DNA of 58,991 nt from a virus (Duplodnaviria > Caudoviricetes), in the IMG/VR virus record IMGVR_UViG_3300008263_000034, positions 1 to 58,991 of that record; one strand, 5' to 3'. Position 1 is the first letter of the stretch, and each line of letters opens with the position of its first letter. Shown here in pieces: positions 46,601-54,799 of this stretch. A program made the position numbers and the translations under genes. Below the pieces are notes generated by a model. That model searched no databases, was not told where the DNA came from, and worked only from the letters and a program-made list of their open reading frames with translations.

Positions 46601-49600
46601 AACACGATAGAGTTTTCTGATCTCCCACAGGAAATCAGAGATGAAAGTATTGTGGATAAACTCAAGAAAACGGATCTTGTTAAGTTCGTAACTGAGATGA
46701 TCCCAGATCGTGATGTTAATTCGATAGCTGCCGACATCAAAAAGATATACAAGAACATCAAGGGCGAAGATTCTAATTCGGTTATTATCCAATACGCCAA
46801 ATTGCTTTATGCTAACGCCACTGTTGCAGGTGGTAGGTTCTACTCACTACCAGATCCGAATACGTATTTAAATCGTCCAGCTAATCTGACAGTTGTGGGG
46901 ACCTCGGTCTTTAACACAGTAGCAAATAGGAATGCAAAAGCTGAACGAGCTAACCCCAACACCGAATATGTACCCTTAGATTACGTTACGCGAGATGGAG
47001 ATGGGTTCTTCTTAGAGGAGATAATCGGAGCAGCGGGCGCGGACACAATCCAAGCGCTGCAAGATGAGATGGATCGGCGGAGACAGGAGAGCGGAGCAGA
47101 TGCGGGAGTATATGATATGCTACTCACGGGTGAGTCGTATGCCAGCGCACTGGAATCGTCTGACCTTGTCTTTATGAACCGTTCAGCTTTGTTGGCGAGC
47201 GAACTATACCGCACTATCGCAGAGGACAAGACTGGCAAACTAGCCCAAGTCTTCAGGGATCTCGCGGTGCAGACCGGAGTAATCCCACAATATCAGGCAG
47301 ACAACTTGTCTGATGCTGTGCTCGTCCAATCACTATCCGGCAGACTTAACACTGATTACGTCCTCCACGCCAATAAAGGGTACGCTCGCACTGTGCTATC
47401 CACATTGTCCGGAACGGATTTAGGTAAGCAGGCCGCTGGTATTCTAATCGCCCTTAGATGGCTACCACCTACAATGTCGCTTCCGTTGCGAGCACCAGCT
47501 GAACGGAAATCTGCAACACCTGCGGCGACAGCAACCACGCCACCGGATGAAGCCATCGCGGCAGGTAAAGCCTTACGCCAAGCAGAAGCAACAGATAGTG
47601 ACACGATTGATTATGCCAGAAATTACCTAGAGGCATCTCAGGCAGCACTACCGTATCTGTTAAAGCTCGGCAGTGAGCGAAGGATAGCCCTCAACACAAT
47701 CGAAGAAGCTCGCGCAGACATTTACGATTCGTTCCGTTTGCTGCGGACGCTTATTGGTCAGACAGACCCCGAAGACATAGGACCTGTCCAGACGAAAACC
47801 AAAAGGCAGATCGCCGAAGGTATTGAGATCGGTCGCGTCGGAGTTACAACCGAAAGCGTTGCTGCGTTCCAAGACAAAAATGTTAGTGGTATCGAAGCAG
47901 AAATCCAGAAACTACAGGATACACGCAAGAGAACTGAAGATCTTATAAATGGAATAGGCTCTGTTCGGGCGAGGATTCTGGAGATCACTGATGGTCTCGT
48001 TTTACGAGACGAGGCGAGCAAAGCCATTGAGGTGATACCAGCTCTACTAAAACAGGCAAAGTCTAATAAGGAAAGGACCGCGCTTAAAGCAGAACTGGCG
48101 GAGCTACAAAAGACTTACGAAGATATCTTCTATAGAGGCGACGAGACTCTCGCTGACTTGGATGCTTCGATAGTCACTAAACAAAAACAACTTGAAAAGG
48201 CTAAGGCTGTAAGAGAACTAAGTGGACCTACTCTAGTCAACAACCTAATTGAGAACATCGAAGCGGCCTACGCCCAAATAAATAACAATCGCGAGTTCTT
48301 GTCTGAGCTCTCTGAATCCGCTAGAGCTCGTATCCAAAGCGAAAGCCAACGGATTGAGCGCCTCCGTAAACTACCAGAGTGGCAACAATACGTTGAGATC
48401 ATTGCTGGTTCGCCTACTATTTTACGCGGTAGAAAAGACATAGATGAGAAAGTGAGGCGTAAGATTGATGAGATTGAGAGTGACGCGACAAAACGTAAGA
48501 CATTTGACGATGCCGTAAAGGCACGGGCAAAAGCACTCGATCAAGCGCTGATTAAAAACGGCTTCAACCTACCGAAGGCTGGTCTCATTACCCCATACGT
48601 TGATCCGATGGACTTCGTCGTTAGCAAGCCCCGATTCGAACCTTCTGAAGGTCAGACTACAGACCCGAATGTTCGTGGAGTTGGTCGCCCAAGTGGCAAA
48701 GTAGTCGCAACATTTAGCGAGCAGAATCTCTCAGCCGCTGAGCGCCAGCAGTCCACAGCGAAATCATTCTCCGAAGTAGTTGCACCGATAGTACGCTCAG
48801 GTGAACGCTTTAGACCCGCTCTACCACCCCTCCCAACCAAAGAGGTCGGCGGCAGAATCAAAGTACTCAGCAAGCCGAAAGAATACGATCCGAACGACAA
48901 GTTCTTCTCGCTGTCTCAGATCGACCCATCCCTCCGCGACGAAGCAAGGGTAGAGAACCTGCGCGTAGCTGGACAACTCGGTCTCGTATCCGGTGACCCG
49001 AACTCTGTTCTCGGAGCCCTCCGTAGAATCACGCAGACTGGCACACCGAGGCAACAACTGATTGCCGAACTGCTGCTGACTGCGCCGGACTTCATTAGGG
49101 ACATCAACTTCGTTATGGTCGAAGTAGACTTGGGCTTTGCTGGTCTTTATGACAAGACGAGCAACTCAGTCTTAGTTAACCTAAACGAACACAACGGTCG
49201 TGGTTTAGTGGACGTGCTCCTGCACGAATACCTCCACGCACCGACAGCTAAGGTTCTACTTAACCCTAAGACTGAGTCCCAACGGAAGGCAGTGGCACGT
49301 ATCGAAGCGATTCGTAACTTCGCCATCGCTAATGCGGCTAAACTCGGACTGGACACAGATCCAGTTGTAAGGCTCGGCTTGTCCAACAACGCTGAGTTCT
49401 TGACCTACGCCCTTACTGCACCGGAATTCCAGAACATCCTTGCTGGTCTTGCACCGCTTGACCAACGCTCGATCCTGCGCCGTCTCGTTGACGCTATCCT
49501 TAACGTCTTTGGTCTTGATCCTAAGAAGCACGAGGTTGCCGCTGATGCGATCCAAGAACTACTCGACTTCACCAAGATGTCCCTCGCCCATGCAGGTACG

Positions 49601-49750
49601 TTCAGCGTCGATAACAAATGGAGAGCGTTGGTTGGAACTGCTCGCAGCAAGAACGAACGCGCACAGGCTTACTCCAACCTTACCGCTGCTAATTTAATCA
49701 ACGATGTGATTAGCCGCTACAACGAAGACGGTCCGACGCATCGCACCTGA
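40613..49750 (+). CDS. Giant internal virion / polyvalent protein, N-terminal part, with a zincin domain
   Basis: 3045 aa; Gly/Ala-rich hydrophobic segments; AGLYD...VLLHEYLH...AEFL metallopeptidase motif near the C-terminus. Confidence 0.7.
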   Translation: MLEIKQFDDWLANQEEAAEPTTNLKNYTDYVRSSYYSAGQLNQETEQEIAAGVADRLNSDGLFTDDMSEEDKNNLYSSVIGATRNADTDARFVLDYLRTNSEGPANVLANEAKVSNLANYLTLQEKSPSEAEGFKPYVDEILADKSLIKRARMSAVDRGEYSIAALDEEDGTRTLYAGPNARPESIAGEVKSLIATGALSSADLYRVNDFVKPLNGGLTNGAEDSRYETFARTISDLAKKDKDLNQLIEKNASDKIEQKTAELRTTGESIWGGVKTVISYPFIKGGDLLLDLFDGEQKQPKYAPDTKLSDAVAGNSAINQRFSAAEIEKFSEALTDRVAGAPYRADRPETGITTDSMGNVILAPSLLANVEQFNQAVSSSSLNKDQQKQASVQRKLLLESAAPDLIRMILEEEPEAVSSYAKAKADGLSPSEFVEQYVGNNKNYDAFGTRLEQFGKSAWKTLAEIPLGIAALAGNEWAATTMGDMIKDQTRRQEFSRLYGDEYGLGFQILNTLPQVAADIGLTIGTAGAFAGAKALAKTGAASARAMIRNGAKMALSEIDDAAAASFRKAASAEGSQFLGKAITDVGRSFGSKFGELAPLAAVTFTRSAGSSFGSLYNQLPDDMSHEEKYKTALPAALAMGISTSVITVGLSGLGLGAVEDIGTNVVRNKILGGDTLTTRAALEAAERAVPVSKMNYRQAKQAYQNAANEGRILSDKAFNAAARAAVTSTYKNWLKTTIKGGLSESFEEALDQGVGMAIENAALDRDASLAEKVAQVFDAGLIGGALGAGIAGSTQFGRVRKSEQSLVFEGRASAFEDIAKRLRSNNSNSTADVLQRRIDEAREQARLSVERDIAAQKTQEEVKERTVVADPNERPLKGRPVFNEETGQWAPADEPFDPLLDDILGEEIEYSGFEGVLELDADGSSVVLRLNKPYTTEGGGSVEFINLGPRFQKASKFTAPLLTIGQETFGVPAGTPYISMGGKKKTKFAFPAKEKVTPESFEVFRDDEGNVRSLIVKGGLSLKDGSTTMNIPLTNSLQIKAIAEWYGIDITPKLPVSETADGQFEFGFANRKDLVKSKEEFGFVAPDEPEMTDEELKAETEDILGRSFAPVMEGEMELVTDKQNRTRRILEGFDTQISSKQKNLKKVTDTLAPLKDLSDKQLTGDQKLIKQQSIDLEKKIKKEITALRKAKKEFSEDAIELGSSATQEPLTATPQGPRVYRSWDESQKQLDRDFAESINGIRQSYVDTDVPVDVDRIENIIRIVPLRNKLGTSIALSDVSIEELDAVESMAEDIISFAEDTNNKATPKQRQLIIDDYRALVARVNIIQQYAVEREYEEVFGLAVSELKALQTEPEPEEEVETKASDNDTLHYLLSNTPEAFTTIDVKPFADKKVLGTLKKMGVEIGKQRQDSVETVTVTGYDQETREILYEKSGVTVRAPLSTVNFESPTLRTAIDAASTEVFDITQQAKKEMAAIKRRTARPVQDRARDFLIKVNDYVTKSKALDERLKEVDRMPAAKRSAVKQRIEGQLKELRKSATKYVNSVGSVLQSDFDFYKDLEEEQKQEIAAQIRRSLYGVGGFKQEVAPRARVKAFNPTPDIKVTRVVYAKEQFRNGTQEEDMLNELVEGGHIVNLPDTGKALAQAGLFITESGVSKFPAFSQSQVELVEQEGQEVADTNAYIKDKHELLSEKVLSKYPQLGELVTITGRSRTKGTIGDDTAMLDSIEVEINRMNSAIEKDALLGRKVPSEFIKKRDGLVQQLKEAKVRIKDERYYEIDGKKYEVVNSKTDRSIYFPVDKDGLFGVFTNNPKITRAQIAAGYRVVIPDKFDRDLFNPSQYTRDGRIIEGYYMPRNPEPSTVGSFGRVSNPRIDENGEQILDERSNFDSTRIELFVNNMVSTSEIQGNMGAYFATSLRELNKITRNLLASKRNSDSRFPWSETYIDNTVSDLTRGFAAELNEYRLAQNVVRRAFQSLEFQDTIKIGKELVTRYIDEEGNTIEFSDLPQEIRDESIVDKLKKTDLVKFVTEMIPDRDVNSIAADIKKIYKNIKGEDSNSVIIQYAKLLYANATVAGGRFYSLPDPNTYLNRPANLTVVGTSVFNTVANRNAKAERANPNTEYVPLDYVTRDGDGFFLEEIIGAAGADTIQALQDEMDRRRQESGADAGVYDMLLTGESYASALESSDLVFMNRSALLASELYRTIAEDKTGKLAQVFRDLAVQTGVIPQYQADNLSDAVLVQSLSGRLNTDYVLHANKGYARTVLSTLSGTDLGKQAAGILIALRWLPPTMSLPLRAPAERKSATPAATATTPPDEAIAAGKALRQAEATDSDTIDYARNYLEASQAALPYLLKLGSERRIALNTIEEARADIYDSFRLLRTLIGQTDPEDIGPVQTKTKRQIAEGIEIGRVGVTTESVAAFQDKNVSGIEAEIQKLQDTRKRTEDLINGIGSVRARILEITDGLVLRDEASKAIEVIPALLKQAKSNKERTALKAELAELQKTYEDIFYRGDETLADLDASIVTKQKQLEKAKAVRELSGPTLVNNLIENIEAAYAQINNNREFLSELSESARARIQSESQRIERLRKLPEWQQYVEIIAGSPTILRGRKDIDEKVRRKIDEIESDATKRKTFDDAVKARAKALDQALIKNGFNLPKAGLITPYVDPMDFVVSKPRFEPSEGQTTDPNVRGVGRPSGKVVATFSEQNLSAAERQQSTAKSFSEVVAPIVRSGERFRPALPPLPTKEVGGRIKVLSKPKEYDPNDKFFSLSQIDPSLRDEARVENLRVAGQLGLVSGDPNSVLGALRRITQTGTPRQQLIAELLLTAPDFIRDINFVMVEVDLGFAGLYDKTSNSVLVNLNEHNGRGLVDVLLHEYLHAPTAKVLLNPKTESQRKAVARIEAIRNFAIANAAKLGLDTDPVVRLGLSNNAEFLTYALTAPEFQNILAGLAPLDQRSILRRLVDAILNVFGLDPKKHEVAADAIQELLDFTKMSLAHAGTFSVDNKWRALVGTARSKNERAQAYSNLTAANLINDVISRYNEDGPTHRT

Positions 49751-49778
49751 AGGTATCAACATCGAGATCAACAACACT

Positions 49779-52700
49779 ATGGTTGGTGCGATGGGCGCTA
49801 ACCCAACCAAGCCTAACACAATACTCGTCAACGAGAATTTGGTAGCGACAATGGCAGCTGGTCTGTCGGCAGCTAATGCTAGGGCGGTAGTGCGCACGGC
49901 AGTGGACGAAGAGCTCGCCCACCTTGCATCATTCGCCGTATTCAAAACCGAAGACTTCGCCGCTATCGCAGCGGAGATCGGTCCTGATAGAGTGAACGAG
50001 ATCCTCGACATGATCTACTCTAGCGCAGTTCCTGACGCCACTGAACGTGCGGCTCGCATTGCTGCTGATCGTGAGGCAGGCGTGACAGGAGACGTTGACG
50101 CTGCTGCTGAGTGGGTGCGTATGGAGATCACTCGTTTGGCTACTGGCCGCACGAGGGAAGCTGACATCGCGTTCTTCTACACGAACCCGTCACTGCTTGA
50201 GCGATTCCTCGAAGGACTCAGAGCGTTTATCAACAAACTCAAACAACAATTTAAGTCTGAGCCTACTGCTGGTACTGCCGCTCGCATCTCGCAAGCATCC
50301 CGTTCGTTCCGTAAACTACGTAACGGCGGCGCACTACCTACGCCGGAGCCGTCCGCAGCTAATGAGTACGGCGACTCCACCGCCTTCATCAACGCCATCA
50401 ACGGCGACATCGCTGAAGGACAGGAAGACCGCACATACTTCATGCTCCCTGTATCCGGTACCGGTAACAGTAAGGCTGCCGTAAGCGGATTCTGGAAGAC
50501 GGTACAGGATAAGATGTACAACCTGCCAATGGAGCTCCGGAAGTATTTGAGTCTGAGAGATGGCACTATCTCACAAGTTGAGTATACGATTCAGGACTTC
50601 GACCGCCGCTTTCCGAAGATGCGTGACGAGGCTCTTGCTAGGGGCGCGAGCATCGAGGACATCGGCATGATCCTCGGAACTACTGCTCCGGTTGTACAAG
50701 GTGAAGCACGCAAAGAAATCCAAAGGAAGGTTCGCGAGTTCAAGACGAATAACGCAACTGATCCAGATCTTGAGCGTAAGGCCGACGACTACGAGGCTAA
50801 GTTGACACAGCCAGAAGCTGACAAGTTCTTTGCGGCGTTCCGTAAACAACAGAAGGCAATGGAGGATAAACTCAAGAGCGCTGGCTTTGGAGACCTCGTT
50901 GACTACCTCGTTGAGTTCAGGGGCGAGATCAATAAATACAAGGCGGTCATCAACTTCGACGAGTCCAACGACGTATACCTCACTAGAACATTCAGGTTCT
51001 TCGGATCGGAAGGTTGGGCCAGCTTCGCTAAGACGGGCGGTGTTGCAATGCTCGACGGCAAAGAGGTAGACTTCAACAAGCTCCGTGCCGCTGCCGCTAA
51101 ACACTTTGAGTGGGAGGTAAACAACGAGGCGAAGCAGACTGGTCAAACCTTTACTGCGGAACAACACGATAAGAAACTGGTTGAGTATCTCGATAAGTAT
51201 CTTGAGAACCTCGAACTCCAAGCCGCCGACGCCAAAGAGTTAGGTGCAATGAACACTATCCGCAAGGATGTGAACCGCCTACTAAACAAGAAGGACTTCG
51301 ACGAACCTTTGCGTATGTTGTTGGGCGAAGTCACTGACCCGTTTGAGAACGCAGTCCGCACCGTGTATAACGTCGGCAGGTTCGCAGCCAACGAGAGATT
51401 CCTACGCGACTTCGCAAGTCAGGCAATCGCAATCGGAGTAGCCAGCCGGACACGCAAGCCGGACATGGAGCTCCTCTTCCCACCGACTCAATCGGCACAG
51501 CTCGGAGACCTTGCTGGCTTGTATGTGAGGAATGACATTGCCGCTACCATCCGCGAGGAGTTAGGCATGAACGGAATGAAGCAACAGTCCAAGGCGATGG
51601 AGCAAATCAATATGTTCGGTCGCTTCATAGCTAAGTTCTCCGGTCTTTCGATCACCGCAAAGACATTGGGCTCCGTTGGTTTCTATCCTCGTAACGTATT
51701 GGGCGGCATTGCCCTGACTACATCACAAGGCATCGTTAATCCGGTCTACCTGAAGGAGGCGTTTCGCCTGTCGATCATCGCTAACATGTCCCTCAACGGT
51801 AGGATTAAGGCGGAGTCGGAGGAGTCCCGTAATCTGATGCGTAGACTTGTTGAATTGCAGGTGCTGAAGGATGATACTCAGGGTCGTATCGCAATGGACA
51901 TGCTTAACGGCTTTGTCAACTCTACGGATCAGCAACTCGAAGAGCTGCTTAACGATATCGTCGAGGCACAAGGCAGTGGCAACATCGAGAAGATCATCAA
52001 GAAGTTCAAACTCAAAGGGACATGGGAAGCCACGAAACAAGCTGGCGGTTCTACTGTTGAGTTCCTTGCATCACTCAACAACGTAATCGACAGCGCGTTT
52101 AAACTTAACGCCTACTTCCACGAGTTGAGTGTGCTGAAGGAAGCCTACGGTGACACGGAATCCGAAGCCAAACTAGAAGTGGACGCCGCACGCAAAGTTA
52201 AGCTGACGTTCCCAACGCACTCGGATCAACTCAGTCTTGCGAAGGCGTTTAACAAATCGCCGTTCTCGATGGTCGCCCTTCCGTTCGTCCGGTGGAAGAC
52301 CGAGGTGTTCCGCACGATGTTCAACACCGTCCCGCTTGCTGTTGAAGAAATCAAATCAGGCAACCCGACCATGCGTAGTCGCGGCATCAAACGCCTGATT
52401 GGTTTCGTCACCACTATGACAGGCGGCGGTGCTGCCTACGGTGCAATATTCGCCACACTGTTTAGTCTCCTGACTGATGACGAAGAAGACGAGCGCGATG
52501 GCGTGCGTAAGCTCACCGACGAAGAGCTCGACGCGCTTCGTCAAGGTCTACCGAAATGGCAGCGCAACCACGGTATCTTCGCACAGATGCTGCAAGACGG
52601 TAGCGTACAGGTCATCGACATGTCCAACATCCTACCACATAGCCAGCTTACTGACTTAGTTGGTCTGGCCTCTCGTGGTAACCTCAAGGGTATGGCCGAC

Positions 52701-53399
52701 TACATCACCTCCGAGATGATTGGAACTCAGATCGCTGCCAGCACTGTGTTCGAACTCGCACAGAACCGCGATGACTTTGACCAACCTATCTGGTTGGACA
52801 CTGACGGCGCGGTCGGTGCCTTCGGTAAGTCTCTAGTGCATTTGGCTAAGGGTACGGTAGTGCCGTCCGCAGTTGACAAAGTGATGAAGATTGGTAGATA
52901 CGGCGAGCAAAACGCCAAGGAGATGATCGTCGGTGAGCTCACAGGTGTGAGACCGATAATCCACAAGGTAACCGATATCGAGTACCGTGGCATGCGGAAC
53001 TTGAAAGAGTCGGCTGATGCCGTGGTGTCACTCCTCTATCCGTTGTCTTCTGGCAAAGCTCTCGATCCGAGTAAGGTCGAGGGGGTTATGGAAGAACACC
53101 AATCGGCGTCCAACAAGAACCAACAGAAGCTGCACGACTTCCTCATGGGCATGCAGTCCATTGGTTCTACGGAGGCGTCGCTCGCGGCTACTGCACAACA
53201 GATGAAGTTCAGTAAGCAACGCTTCGGTGCTGCCCTTGCAGGAGAGAACATCCCTTGGGGGCCGAACGAACAGTGGTTCCGTAAGATGTATGATAACAAG
53301 GTACGGGTCGGTGAACAGAACCCTGATGAGATCGCCAGCGAAATCAACAGGGTCATGTCTAAGAAAGCCGATGGCTACAACACTAATTTCCTTGAGTAA
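49779..53399 (+). CDS. Giant internal virion protein, C-terminal part (probably the same gene as 40613..49750)
   Basis: +1 frame is open from 49710; degenerate DEELAH zincin; helical C-terminal region typical of large polyvalent virion proteins. Confidence 0.7.
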   Translation: MVGAMGANPTKPNTILVNENLVATMAAGLSAANARAVVRTAVDEELAHLASFAVFKTEDFAAIAAEIGPDRVNEILDMIYSSAVPDATERAARIAADREAGVTGDVDAAAEWVRMEITRLATGRTREADIAFFYTNPSLLERFLEGLRAFINKLKQQFKSEPTAGTAARISQASRSFRKLRNGGALPTPEPSAANEYGDSTAFINAINGDIAEGQEDRTYFMLPVSGTGNSKAAVSGFWKTVQDKMYNLPMELRKYLSLRDGTISQVEYTIQDFDRRFPKMRDEALARGASIEDIGMILGTTAPVVQGEARKEIQRKVREFKTNNATDPDLERKADDYEAKLTQPEADKFFAAFRKQQKAMEDKLKSAGFGDLVDYLVEFRGEINKYKAVINFDESNDVYLTRTFRFFGSEGWASFAKTGGVAMLDGKEVDFNKLRAAAAKHFEWEVNNEAKQTGQTFTAEQHDKKLVEYLDKYLENLELQAADAKELGAMNTIRKDVNRLLNKKDFDEPLRMLLGEVTDPFENAVRTVYNVGRFAANERFLRDFASQAIAIGVASRTRKPDMELLFPPTQSAQLGDLAGLYVRNDIAATIREELGMNGMKQQSKAMEQINMFGRFIAKFSGLSITAKTLGSVGFYPRNVLGGIALTTSQGIVNPVYLKEAFRLSIIANMSLNGRIKAESEESRNLMRRLVELQVLKDDTQGRIAMDMLNGFVNSTDQQLEELLNDIVEAQGSGNIEKIIKKFKLKGTWEATKQAGGSTVEFLASLNNVIDSAFKLNAYFHELSVLKEAYGDTESEAKLEVDAARKVKLTFPTHSDQLSLAKAFNKSPFSMVALPFVRWKTEVFRTMFNTVPLAVEEIKSGNPTMRSRGIKRLIGFVTTMTGGGAAYGAIFATLFSLLTDDEEDERDGVRKLTDEELDALRQGLPKWQRNHGIFAQMLQDGSVQVIDMSNILPHSQLTDLVGLASRGNLKGMADYITSEMIGTQIAASTVFELAQNRDDFDQPIWLDTDGAVGAFGKSLVHLAKGTVVPSAVDKVMKIGRYGEQNAKEMIVGELTGVRPIIHKVTDIEYRGMRNLKESADAVVSLLYPLSSGKALDPSKVEGVMEEHQSASNKNQQKLHDFLMGMQSIGSTEASLAATAQQMKFSKQRFGAALAGENIPWGPNEQWFRKMYDNKVRVGEQNPDEIASEINRVMSKKADGYNTNFLE

Positions 53400-53481
53400 G
53401 CACTACGTACAACTGCCAGAAGAAGCACACTACAGCCCATAGGAACCATCCACCTAAGAAGAGGAAGCAGATTACTTGCAT
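53383..53481 (-). CDS. 32-aa membrane peptide, not in the ORF track
   Basis: MQVICFLFLGGWFLWAVVCFFWQLYVVLTQGN; coupled to the upstream ORF. Confidence 0.4.
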   Translation of the reverse strand: MQVICFLFLGGWFLWAVVCFFWQLYVVLTQGN

Positions 53482-53639
53482 ACTTGCCTCCCTTCCTTAG
53501 CGGCTTGGGTTGCGAGCAACCCTTTCTTCATGGCTTTCAGTTCTTTGGTAGTGCGTTCATGGAACCAACGCAGTAGCTGGCTCTTCTCTGCGAACTCAAG
53601 GTGTGAGGACGTCTCTCTTTTTTTGTCTATTACTTTCAT
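53472..53639 (-). CDS. Small hypothetical protein, not in the ORF track
   Basis: MKVIDKKETSSHLEFAEKSQLLRWFHE...; fills the gap in the early operon. Confidence 0.5.
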   Translation of the reverse strand: MKVIDKKRETSSHLEFAEKSQLLRWFHERTTKELKAMKKGLLATQAAKEGRQVCK

Positions 53640-53643
53640 ACGA

Positions 53644-53859
53644 TTACAGTTTGAGTTTGGTTCCGAAGTTAGCTAACCGGACACGCCATAGCTTGTCGCC
53701 CCTGCCGACCTGCTTGTGCTCGACTATCAGGTGACCGTTGTCGATACTGATCTCAGGCTGGCACACGCAGCTGAGGGAGACAACGTGCTCGTGTCCTGTA
53801 TCCTTATTCGGTATGCTGTGTATCTGACTATTCTTGTGGTGTTTGTTTGTTATCTTCAT
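53644..53859 (-). CDS. Hypothetical protein (His/Cys motif)
   Basis: H..P..D...H....C.C.P...H. Confidence 0.55.
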   Translation of the reverse strand: MKITNKHHKNSQIHSIPNKDTGHEHVVSLSCVCQPEISIDNGHLIVEHKQVGRGDKLWRVRLANFGTKLKL

Positions 53860-53865
53860 ATGTTT

Positions 53866-54126
53866 TTATTGTAGAGCTGAGTCGATGAACGCTTCGATTT
53901 CATCTTCGATGAAGCCGACCGTAACGTGCGGTTCGTCATTACTGACTTGACACGCGCTTATGACGGAAGCCACGAATGCTGTGGCGATCCTAGCCAGATG
54001 TAGCGTGCTACACCGAAGGGAGATGCCGTTGATGTATGCTGTTACGATAACTGTATCGCGCACAACAGAGGATTCGATCGTGAGAATCCCACTACCGACG
54101 TCGATTTGTAATTTACTATCTTTCAT
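53866..54126 (-). CDS. Hypothetical protein
   Basis: AC-rich leader, tight packing. Confidence 0.55.
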   Translation of the reverse strand: MKDSKLQIDVGSGILTIESSVVRDTVIVTAYINGISLRCSTLHLARIATAFVASVISACQVSNDEPHVTVGFIEDEIEAFIDSALQ

Positions 54127-54152
54127 ATTTAGTTTGTTTGTTTGGTTGGTGT

Positions 54153-54767
54153 TTAGATTGAACGGAACTTGTCGATGTGCATTAGTGCCTCACCGAGCAG
54201 TCCCTTCGGTGCCCCGTATGTATCGAACAGACACATCAGTCTGTCACGCTTTTCTTTTTCCTGTCGCCGGATACAGGATACAAGGTTGAGTAGCATGTCG
54301 TCGCCTACCGCAGCGCTGCCGAACTGCCACTTGTATAGTGGGGAGTCGTTAGCGAGGGTCGCACATAGTGACGGTATGCAGTCAGCCATCAGTATTAACT
54401 TACTTGTCTCGTCGTCCAGTGGCTCCGGCGTAAGTGGCGCACCGAACATCGCACTCGTATGGTAGAGCCCTTCCGTTACATCATAGTAACTTAATTCCGT
54501 ATGACCTATGAACCCGCCAACTAGCGGCGAGTATGCGGCGATAACATATGGGTCTCCTACCCTACACACTACCTTCACCTTATATCCTGTGGCAACATAC
54601 GCATAGGATTGAGTGTCATACTCTACGCACCTGAATGGTATCTCTGACAGCATGATCTCCGTATGGTTGCGGCGTAGGATGTTGTGATACCACTCGTACA
54701 TTTTACCTTCGACCTGCTTCTCCGGCCTCTGGTATTTCTTTCTGAACTCTACTTTAGTCATTCTCAT
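54153..54767 (-). CDS. Hypothetical protein
   Basis: 204 aa, A-rich leader. Confidence 0.6.
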   Translation of the reverse strand: MRMTKVEFRKKYQRPEKQVEGKMYEWYHNILRRNHTEIMLSEIPFRCVEYDTQSYAYVATGYKVKVVCRVGDPYVIAAYSPLVGGFIGHTELSYYDVTEGLYHTSAMFGAPLTPEPLDDETSKLILMADCIPSLCATLANDSPLYKWQFGSAAVGDDMLLNLVSCIRRQEKEKRDRLMCLFDTYGAPKGLLGEALMHIDKFRSI

Positions 54768-54799
54768 ATTTCTTATTTAGTTTTGTTTGTTTTATTTTG

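Noticed and set aside
40613-49750. Virion RNA polymerase (N4- or crAss-like)
   Set aside because: The size fits, but I found no catalytic motif; SDFDF is not a convincing DxDxD site. Not excluded without a structure search
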